Source: Reclinomonas americana ATCC 50394
Lineage: Eukaryota
Length of the DNA: 57,645 bases
Direction: 5' to 3'
Assembly (NCBI GenBank): GCA_048213135.1
Contig: PS015105.1
Location: forward strand, 53,638-111,282
The position numbers were made by a program, and so were the translations under genes. Shown piece by piece: positions 12,846 to 23,128 of the stretch; within the stretch, counting starts at the first letter, position 1; every line of letters starts with the position of its first letter. A model generated the notes under the pieces. That model saw nothing but the letters and a program-made list of their open reading frames with translations. It was not told the origin of the DNA and did not search any database.

Positions 12846-14624
12846 TCACTTGAGATCATAATACCGATACAACTCATCTATTTTGGCCTGCATCTCCTTG
12901 ACTTGCGCATCGGTGAGGTTCTCGACGTCACCCACTACGCCGCTGTGGAAGATCTCCAGCAACTGCGCCTCTTCTTCGGCACTCTCCGGTCCTCGCGCGG
13001 CCGCCTGTTGGTACGCCTGGTCGATGCGCCGTGCAATGTCAAACTCGAGCGCCGTCAGCACCTCCGAGCCATTGACTTGCGGTTGCACAATCACTTCGAC
13101 GCCACCCGGATGCAACTCGAGGGTCGGCGGTGGCACGCCCAGCTGTATACGTGTGTGAGAGAAGCATTCCACAACTTACGTAGAGAAGCACAGTGCACCT
13201 CTCGCATCTCCAGCTCGACTTGCTGGCGGAACATGTTGAGCTTGTCGCTGGTGATAAATGCCGCCGACATGCGCAATGCAGGCGGGCGCTCAGCTCCGCT
13301 CAACCAGTACGACGCCAGCTGTGCATCCTCTGTGCAGCGCAGGGTGAGAATGTGGTTCGCGACGTGCATTTCACGCTGGACTCACCAGCCTCGGGCGACA
13401 AGCCGTCGGCGTGCCGTGCCATGCGTCTCCAGAACTCGTCGATTCGCTCCGCCACGGGTCTCAGTTCGTCGGCGGTCGGCACGGGTTCCCGCGGTGACAG
13501 AGGCGGCAGCGGACCCTGACGCACAGAGCGAGTGTTTCAGCACTACTCGACGGCCGGACGCACACAACTGAGACCGACCACTCACCGCCTTGAAGTCGGG
13601 GTCGTAGTTGCCGGGGCCGTACCGCTCATCAAAGTGATCCTTGAACACGCGCGCAGCCGGTGGAGCGATGACACGCATGGCTCGCACAAAGTCCTCGTCT
13701 TTGAACTCACCAGTCCACGTGCCGTCCTTGGAGGCCATTTGCTCCAGCTCGCGGAACGTGGCATCAATGGCCTCCGCCACATCGTCGTCGGTGAGAGTCG
13801 AGAACTTTTGCACCTCGTCGTGGTTGTACAAGACGGCATTGTAGGCGGCCATGGTGGCCTCGGCGCGTTTCTGCTCACCAGTGACATGAGAACGCTGTGT
13901 AAACACACACGCATTGCGTACCCGCAACAAACTCACGGTGGCATCGCGGGGCAGCAGGTACTCGTCGGCGAAGCGCTTGGCGTCAAAGTACAGCGGTGCA
14001 TCCGCAAAGCCATCCACCTACAGAAGACGAATGAATGGGTAAACACACGCGCGCACGCTGTGTTTCTCTCACTCCCATCACAGTACCTTCCAGTTGGACG
14101 AGACCGCCTGCAGCGCCTGCTCCACCTGCGCCCACTGGTCGAGTCGCTGCGCCTGCAACTTGGCGCGCCACGCGCTCCAGTCGTTCTTCCGCGTACCATT
14201 CTCAAAGTCAAACTCTTTCCACTCGGGATGCCGCGGTCCCAGTGTCTCCAGGTTCTCGTGCAGATACGAGTCTGGCGTGGCAAGTGAGCAGCGAATTGGT
14301 AAGAGTGAGTGAGTGAGTGAGCAACAACACACCGGGGTTCAGCTTGGGCGCGTACTTGAGATCCTCGACCTCACGATGCACGTTGCCATACAACACATCA
14401 CGCACGTATCGCTGCTCGTCCTCTGACAAGCGCGAGTCGGCCACTGTCACCGTCTCTGATGCAGCAGCAGCAGCAGAGGTGGGCGACGATGAGGTCTCCT
14501 CCTGTCTCTTGCGTCCACGCTTCTTGCTCTCGTTGACACTGGCAGTCGATGATGCCCATCTGAGTGTGGCAGACAGCAGGCGCGGTCCAGGTCGCGGCAC
14601 ACAACACGCTCGCACCCACCACAT
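12846..14624 (-). CDS. Hypothetical protein, probably mitochondrially targeted
   Basis: Several exons joined by GT-AG introns (e.g. KLNP/DSYLHENLE). Arg-rich, acid-free N-terminus. No family recognised. Confidence 0.65.
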
Positions 14625-14686
14625 AGCAACGAAGCAAACAACGAAGACAAACTCGCTCTGTCAACGATTGTCTTCCGCTCTTCTCG

Positions 14687-16031
14687 ATGCGTCCCTGGGC
14701 GGTGGTGATCGCCGTGCTGCTGTTCCTTTACATAGCCACGAGCTGTGCACATGCAACAGTGTGCGACGACGAGCACTGGATCGATCCGCTCCCGTCAACA
14801 GTGATGCGCCACGCATTTTGCAAGGACAAGAGTGGTGCGAGTCGCCCCTCGTGCCTCCCTTCTGTGTATGCCTCACTGACTGACCATGGTGTGTCAGAGT
14901 GCCTGTTCGAGCCCTCGGTCAAGTTCGCGGGAGGGCGACTGGAGAGCAATCGTGGAGCGATCTTTGGATCGCGGCCGGCATCGGTGCAACGAGTGCGTCT
15001 GGTGGCGCGAGTGATGCATGTGCCATCGCGTGTGCTGGACTGGATCGATGGGCTGGAGCGTGCGCAGTGGGGCATTGTGGGGCAGAAGCTTCCGCGGCTG
15101 TACGTGGGCATTGGCTCGGCGGCCGGCTGTGTTCGCAAGTTTTACGTGGAGCGGCCGGACGGGGTGCCCGACGAGAACCTCGAGTGGCGCGACAATCTCG
15201 CCATGGTGGGCTGGGAGTGGCAGCACGATGGAAGGTCACGTGTATGCCGCGGAAAAGAGGGAAAGGCGAAAACCACTGACTGGGGTTTTTTCGTGCGCGT
15301 GCGCAGTGTGACGACGCTGGTGCCGATTGCGGTCGAGGGCTCGGCGTCGTATCGGCGCGAGCGGGAGCGCACGGCCGCGTGGCCGGTGGTGGTGCGACGC
15401 TACTATCGTGTGCGTCAGCTACATTCGTGGCGAGGTACCGAGTTTCTGCTGCGACAAGCCGCCGGCAGTCAGCAGTGGCCGGCGGTGAAGCACCTGCTGT
15501 GGAACACGTTTTATGCCGGCGGTATGTGTGTTTCTATCGTGGGTTGACGACGTGCTCTCTCACGCTCGTGATTGTCGTCAGGCGAGTGGAACCAGGCGTT
15601 GTACATGAAAGACGTCGTGTCTCTGGCACAGGGTGAGCCGCAGGTGGCCATGAAGTACTCTGTGGAGACCCCGCTGCCATTCGTGTACGACGCACTGCGG
15701 CGAGTGGCGGTGGCGTACGGCGTGAGCGCGTCGGAGTTTGACTTGTGGCTGGACCAGGTCGAATTGGCGCCCGAGGCGCTGTGGGATGCCAGCACGAGTG
15801 AGACAGTTGCGCGAGTTGTATGTGTGCGTGCTGTGCTCCCTGCGACCTTCAATTGACTGGACGCGCGCGTCGCAGGAGACAGAGGCTGCCGCTCGCACCG
15901 TCCGCATCACCAACTTCCAGTTTGGCGTCAATCGCAACGGGGAGAGCGTGTTCACTGTGTACTACACCTATGGCGGTGGCAGCACAAATGACGACGGCGA
16001 CGATGACGGGCTTGCATGGCGGTCGATATGA
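14687..16031 (+). CDS. Secreted hypothetical protein, possible PT-barrel (ABBA prenyltransferase-like) fold
   Basis: Signal peptide MRPWAVVIAVLLFLYIATSCAHA and three in-phase introns. Motifs FEPSVKF...RGAIF, LYVGIG...RKFYVE, MVGWEW and FQFGVNRNGESVFTVYY. Confidence 0.7.
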
Positions 16032-16399
16032 TATGCTGTCAGTTGTTGTGCCATGGCCGTCCAAGGTTGCGATGGTCACAGCTTGCCGGCGACGTATTGG
16101 TCCAGCACCTGGCCTGTATGTCCACTCTCGGAAGATTTCTGCGGCACTTGGACTGCAGTAGACGAGTAAGATACACTCTGTCCTTGCCTCTGCGTGAGGG
16201 CAAGCGCCAGCTGGAGACGAATGCCAACGTTGACGTCGACGATGTCACTCGGAAAATAATAAATCCCACCTCTCTCCGAATGCTTGCGCTGTAAGCACAC
16301 GAGGGGCAGAGAATGACATGACGTGTGCATTCAGTACGAGGCGCGAGGTTCGACGTGGCGCCCGCGGAGGAATGTCACGGGACAGTGTTTGATTGTGCG

Positions 16400-18905
16400 A
16401 TGGACGGAGAGGCTGAGGAGCGCCCGGTGAGACACGCGCCTCTCACTCGCCCTCCCTCTCTCCCCTCGTCTCTCACCTCTCCTGTCTGTGCATGTGCAGT
16501 CGGGGCGCGAATCCGCTGCTGAGCTCTTGCACAGTGCGCGTGAGCGCGCGTCGCCCGAGAACGGTGGAGTGGTCCTCGGGGCGGCTCCCACCGCGGCTGC
16601 ACCCTCGCAGGTTCCTCTCCGACTGTGCACTCTTGTGATGGCACCACTCCCTCTCACTCGCCGCGCCCTCCCACAGTCTGGGCGCGAATCCGCTTCGGAG
16701 CTCTTGCGCAGTGCGCGTGAGCGCGCGTCACCCGAGAATGGTGGAGTGAACCTCAGGGTGGCTCCCACCGCTGCTGCGCCCTTGCAGGTTCCTCTTCGAT
16801 TGTGCACGCTTGTGATGGCACCTAATTTGTTTAATCTCACTCACGGAGTATTGCGTGACAAGCAGGAGGATGACGAGCCGGAGGAGAATCGTGTCGGCCT
16901 CGTGTCACCCAATGACGTGTTGATGTCGTATGGCGCCACAGACCACATGCAAGAGGTGAGCGTCTCTCCACTGTCATGATGTGCAGTGTGCGCTCAAATG
17001 ATGAACCAACCATCGTGTTCGGCCTTGTAGCACGCCACTTTTCTCGTGTGTTTCGTCAACACACTGTCGGGCTCGCGAGGTGGCAGCACCATTGGTGAGG
17101 CGGTGTGCACAATGGCGGCGCTTGGAGCCACAGGGTGCTCATAGAATAGATGCAGTTAAGCGGCTTGAAGACTTGCACGGCAAGCACTGCGAGGTCAGGG
17201 TATTCGACTTGGCGCACCGCGCTGATAATGGCTGCTTTGAGTGGCTCGAAGAGCACGCCGGCGAAGCAGGATTGCGCATTTTGGTGTGCGGTGGCGATGG
17301 AACCGTGTCATGGGTGCGTACCCACTCGTTTCCCAATCCAAGCAAGTCGTTGCTCTTCCTCAACCTGCTTGCAGATCGTGAACCGACTGTCGTCGTTGGA
17401 TGCACACCGGCGCTCTCCAGTGCGTCTTGTTGTTTTTTTTTTTTGTTGATGCCGTCGTTGACTGCACGCCACTGACACACGTTCCAGATCGCCATCATGC
17501 CCCTCGGCACCGGCAACGACTTGTCACGTTCACTCGGCTCTGGACCTGGTGAATCCGCCTCCTCCAGTGTGGAGCCATACGTGATGCACGGATCGCATGG
17601 GCGTGTGGTTCCGCTCGATGTGTTGCGTCGGCGAGCCGCCGTATTGTTCTGCGCCTATACTTTTTTACTCAACACTGTGATGACAGATGGCGAGTGCGCA
17701 TTCGACATGTCGACGGCTTCACTGTCGAAGGTTGCTTTGTTCTCCTACTCGTTTTCTTCGCTCTCATCTGTCTACTGCTGACATGTGGCCGCGTTGCAGA
17801 GCGGCAGTCATGGGACTGGTTGGAGGAGCCCGATGCGCAGGCCACAGGTTCATTTGCTCGGGCACAGACCACTGGACAGGAGGTGCGTGGTGAGGTGGCG
17901 CTGCAGTCGTTTCTGTTCTCCAACTCCCCGTATTACATGCAGTCGTTCCTCATGACAAACTACTGGAGTATTGGTGAGTGAGTGAGTGAGTGAGCGAGGA
18001 TGTGAGGAAGATCTGCTGAAAACTTTCGGTGCAGGTGTCGACGCGAGGACATCACAAATGTTTCACGAGCATCGTGAGGGTGGTGGATGCTGCACAAGTC
18101 TGAGATGTTGCAACAAATTGTGGTGCGTATCTGTGGTTGTTGTCAAGTGCGAGTGGGTGATCTCGAGAACATAACACATGTTTCACAGGTACGGATTGTT
18201 CGGCCTGAAGTTGTGCTGCTGCTCGAGACAGCGCAAGATTGCCGACCTGCTCGAATACTTTGAGGTGAGAGTAGAGAGTGTCTGTCCTGCTGTTGTGTTG
18301 GGCTGACGGCCGCTGTGTCGCTGCAGGCCGATGGTGAAATGATGGACATACTGGACTCGTTGGAGACCCTCATATTTGTCAACATTCCGAGCTATGCCGC
18401 AGGTACTTACTTCTCGTGTCCGCTGAGTATCATGGCTGTCACTCAAAGCTGACGCAATACTGCAGGCACGAAGTTGTGGAATCTGCGTGGCGTTGATGAG
18501 CAGGTATGTCGAGCTGTGAATCTGTGAGTGCGATGTGCCTTGGTCGGTGACGTGATTCGTGTGCGCCTGCAGTTCGACGAGCAGCACATTGGCGACGGTC
18601 GCCTGGAAGTCCTTGGTGCCAATGGAGTGGCACACCTGGTCCGTTGCTGTTGCCTGCATAAACTGTTCAATCCCACAGCTCACTCTGCTTTGGCCGTGTC
18701 ACAGTTGGACATTCGCACTGGCTGTCGTCACCCAATCAAAGTCGCGCAGTGCAGGTCATACCGCCTCGTGCTGGGCGGCGACTGCTGTATGCAACTCGAT
18801 GGTGAGCCTCGCCGCTCCGGTCCCTGCCAGGTGGCGATTGAGCACGTCGGCGTGCAGAATATGGTGGAGTTTCCACCAGAGCACACCGCATCTTGCTGCT
18901 GCTAA
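16400..18905 (+). CDS. Diacylglycerol kinase (catalytic + accessory domains, no C1 domains seen)
   Basis: FVNTLSGSRGG, RILVCGGDGTVSW, MPLGTGNDLSRSLG, MTNYWSIGVDA, NKLWYG, NIPSYAAG, DGRLEVLG and MQLDGEP. Ends ASCCC*. Confidence 0.94.
16500..16822 (+). repeat. Tandem 177-bp duplication (111-nt exon plus intron 5' part) within the DGK gene
   Basis: 16500-16610 and 16677-16787 are near-identical, each flanked by AG and GTTCCTC. Confidence 0.92.
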
Positions 18906-18958
18906 TAATCATGGCACCCAATGGCGTCGTGCTGCGGATCAAATTTATGTATCAACGT

Positions 18959-20244
18959 TTACTTCTTTACGCGAGGAGTGTCGTCGTAGAATGGCTGCTC
19001 ACAGTTCTTGACGGAGGTCGGCGACTCCTTCAGCTGCCTGGCGGCGGCTCTGGCTGAGGCGCGCAATCGACGCCGGAGACACAGGAACAGGCAGCACAGC
19101 GCACGCTGCAACGCAGAGCGGTAGTGCCAGAGCATCCACAATAGGGTGAGGAAGCACCAGCACATGGTGGCGATGGTGGGCAGACTGAACGGCGTCAGCC
19201 ACAAGGTTGATTTCCAGCGGTCCACCTGCCACGCGCCGCCCACGCACACTGCCTGCAGACGGCGCTGTTCGACACACACACTTGCTGAGAATAGTGCCTC
19301 TGATTCTAGTCACGGTAAGGAGGTACCTCGAGTGTGCCAGGAGGTGTGGCGACAACGTCTACGCGCGCCACATGAGTGCTGAGGTCGACTGGTAGTGGTG
19401 AGACTGTGGCCTGCGCACCAACCAGCATGACGCACAGTTGGAAAGTGGTGGCACGTGATGCAAGGTCTTACCTGTGAGGTTGTGCCCTCGGAACCTGTGC
19501 ACGCGCAGACGCCATTGAGAAAAAGCGCAGAAATATTGTGAAGGACTGGCACGCAACAGATGCTGCAACGACCGCCGATGCACGACAGGCCCGGTCCACA
19601 CGACAGATTGCGGTTCACGCTGCCGTCGGCGTTGGTGACCAGGGCCGAGCAGCGTGCGTTGTACAGTGGCGAGTCCACCAACTTGGCGCATCGACCTTGA
19701 AACGCAAGAAGGATAAAACGGATTTGAATTCACGAATCGCCTTCGTGCACGGAGACAACTCGTGGATACACGCACCATCGTCGGTGCAGTACTGGTTGCG
19801 TTCGCAAAAGTAAAAGGGAGCGTAGAGAGTGTGCTTTTGCGATCGGCACACGGCGATGCCCGACGGCAGCTTGCTGCACGACGACGCGCGACGGTAGCGA
19901 TAGGGTATCGTGGTCTCGAATTGCCAGTTTCCGTGTGTGCCGGGAATGCATTCGCCGCACAAGACTTGCGGACCGCCATCGACCGCATACGGTACGTGGC
20001 TCTACGTGCCACACACGCCTCCTCAGCACGTGCACACACGCACAGCAGCTTCCCTCTTTTCTCCACAAACCTCATCACATTGCAGATTAACGCTGCGCAG
20101 GAGTGCACGGCGGGTGAGAACCCGCGCCATCGGCCCATCGCACTCACCAGCTGGCGAATCCATCGAACACACACCATAAACACCCACTGCGAACCCCAGC
20201 AACACCAGCAGCATCAAGGCGATCACCAGGCGACACTCGCTCAT
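18959..20244 (-). CDS. Cys-rich type I membrane protein of unknown family
   Basis: Signal peptide MSECRLVIALMLLVLLGFAVG. Cys-rich exons (CGECIPG, CERNQYCTDDGAC, CGPGLSCIGGRCSIC). TM helix TIATMCWCFLTLLWMLW followed by a basic tail. Confidence 0.7.
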
Positions 20245-20492
20245 TGCACCACGACAACTGACAGAAATCGGATCACACTCAACGCCACCTGCCACTGCTC
20301 GACAACTACGCACACAACTCAGACACAGTGCAAGCGCACTGCCTGCTGGCATCACACCCGCACACAACAAAACAACAACAACAACAAGATGTATTTCGTT
20401 GTTGTCGTCATCATCCCCGCCTGCATGCACACACGCACACAGAGAACCACAGAAAACACAGGATGCAAGGAGAGGGAGAGACAAACGCCCGC

Positions 20493-21185
20493 TCACTTTC
20501 CGCCCCCAATCAACGATGTCACAGAGTCCTTGGCCTGCGTGAACAGATCCTTGGCGCAGCGCACCAGATCCTCTCCAAGCGTCGGCCGACCCGCACCCTA
20601 CGCACACACACGCATGCATGTCACACACTCACACACATAGACACACTCTCCACTCTGCGCTTGGCACTCACCCACTCAGCGTCGAGCGCACCCGGCTTCT
20701 GATACTCCACCTCCGCCCTACGAGATGCGTCGCGTGTCAGATCGCATCCGCCGCATCTCACACATGGAGAGCGAGAGAGGCATGCACACTCCACACACAC
20801 GCGAGACACAGAAAGACAACAGACAAGGGTGCACACGCAGAGGAGAGCACGAGAGCAACAGAGCAACAGAGACATGTCCACATCTGCGCGCAACTTGGTG
20901 AGCCCCCTGCCGGCGCCAAAGCCCGCGCCAAACGTCAAGATGGACAGCGCCACCGCCGGACCTGCTCGCTCACTCTTGAGACTCTCTACCGTAGCACGCA
21001 TGCACAGCACAACATAGGCGACACGTACGTTTCCGAGCAAACAGCAGCGACGGCAGTGCAGCGACCACCACACCAGAGCCGACCTCGCGTGAGACCTGGC
21101 TCATGGAGCGGTTCCATCGCTCACCAGCCTGGAAGTCGGTCTTGATGGCCTCGACCTTGGACGACGACGACGACGGGGACGACAT
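20493..21185 (-). CDS. Small (~125 aa) hypothetical protein with one Gly-rich hydrophobic segment
   Basis: Four exons joined in phase by GT-AG introns: MSSPSSSSSKVEAIK...VGS/ESLKSERAGPAVALSILTFGAGFGAGRGL.../AEVEYQKPGALDAEW/GAGRPTLGEDL...GGGK*. Confidence 0.6.
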
Positions 21186-21237
21186 GAGCTCTCTGTTGCA
21201 GCAGATAATGATCGGATCGATCAACCCGCCTTTTTCG

Positions 21238-22973
21238 ATGTTGCGCCTTGCAGCGATCGCCTTGCGACTTGCTCCCGCGAGGTGCGGTCGCGCATGCTCA
21301 TCGAGCAGCTCGTTTGCTGCACTGGCGGCCGCCGATGCCGCGTGGAAAGGCGGCGATATCAGCCAGGCGCTGCAATTGGCTCGAGAGGCCACGGCCGAGG
21401 CCACCGATCCGCAAGCTCTCTGTGCGTGCTCGTCTGTCAGTGTGCGTGCGTTGCTGGGGAGGGACTCACACTGTGGTGGAGTAGTGCGTGTTGGCGATAT
21501 GCATCTCGTGGCGGAGGAGCTGGCGACGGCGTTGGAGTGGTACAACAAGGTGTTGCGCGTGGATCCGAGTGAGGTGGCGGCGTACACGCATCGTGCGCAG
21601 TGTTTTGAGCGGATGCAGCAGTTTGGAGAGGCGGTGGTGCGTGCTGATGCATGGCCTCTCACTGACTGTGTGACTGACGGCATTGTGTTGTTCAGCGCGA
21701 CTATGAGGAGGCGCATCGATTGGTGGTGGAGACGGCGACCGATGACATGGACGACGATGCGCTGCGGCAGACGAGAGCAGAGATCCTCATGTGGTTCGTC
21801 TGGCGTGTGTGTGCGTGACTCTCTATGTGCACATGCGGTCTCACGCTCCTGCCGCACAGCAAGGGCTACGCTTTTCTCAATCAACACGCCAAGCTGATCG
21901 AGGCTGCACGCCAAGAGGACGATCCACAGGTTCTTCTTCTTGCTGTCTCTGTCTCTCCCCGACTGGTTGCTCACTCGGCTGCAGCGGCGAGCGTCGCCGG
22001 AGATTGCGGACACACTAACTGCGGCGATTGTGTCGTACTCGGAGGTGCTGGCGCTCGTGCCCGACAACGTGGACGCCATGTACGGTCGCGCCCTGTGTTT
22101 CGTGCGTGGCGGTCAGTACGATGCGGCCATTGTCGATGCAAAGGCCTGCTTGCAGATCGACGACGGCCACGTTCCGTGCAACCACGTGCTTGCCGAGTGT
22201 TTCCAGCTGAAAGGTACATCGCTCGCCGCCGTCCGCCCTCCGCCCTGCGCAGCTTCCCGTGTTCTTACTCTCTCTCTCTCTTGACTGACAGAGCAATGGG
22301 CGGAGGCTGTGGCCTACTACACGCGCTACCTCGACGGACTCGATGCGTACGTGACACAGGCGATGCAGCGTGGTTTGTGAGTTGTCTCCGACAAACCCTG
22401 CACCTTCCCTCATCCATGCACACAGGTGGCCAGGGTGTTGGCGAGATTCCGCGTGCCATGTGTCAGGCGGCCTTCAAGCGCTCCGTGTGCCTCGTGAACA
22501 TGAACAAGTTCCAGGATGCTGTCGAGGGCTTTACGGGATACATTAGCGTTTCGTCCATCGCCCCCTTTTCCCCCTCCCCCGCTCCTGTCTCACCGACTCC
22601 TTCCTTATTCACAGCTGGTGGAGATGCTGGTGCAGAACTCGCCGCCCGACGCGGCCCCCTATTGGACCGATCGTCTCGGCCTGGCGTACTTGCGGCGCGG
22701 CAGGTGCTGGGCGGCGCTGAACGAGAACTTCAAGGTACACGCACCGCACGCACATATCACGCACATTCTTGTCGCACACTGTCCTCACGAGGCTCGTGGC
22801 AGGCGGTCGAGGATTTTACGCTGGCGGCGAGGCACATTCCGCAGCACTTTGACATTTTCGAAGCGAGAGCGCAGGCCTGGCGCAACTTGGCCATGCACGA
22901 GAATGCGGAGAAGGATATGCAAGAGTATCGCCGACTCAAGCGCACCGCCATCTTCGAGGTGTACAACGAATGA
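21238..22973 (+). CDS. Tetratricopeptide-repeat protein with putative mitochondrial presequence
   Basis: TPR-like units ALEWYNKVLRVDPSEVAAYTHRAQCF, YSEVLALVPDNVDAMYGRALCF and AVEDFTLAARHIPQHFDIFEARAQAW. N-terminus MLRLAAIALRLAPARCGR. Confidence 0.85.
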
Positions 22974-23128
22974 AACGAGAGGACCAATAGACATTGTGTA
23001 AAGTAGCGAACGCTTGATTTCACGCTCTGCCTTCCTAATCTCTCTCTCCTCTCTCTTAATCTCTCTTTTCTTATCCACACAGCCACACAAATGTTTAGTC
23101 TTTAGCTAACTAACATAACAACGGCCCT

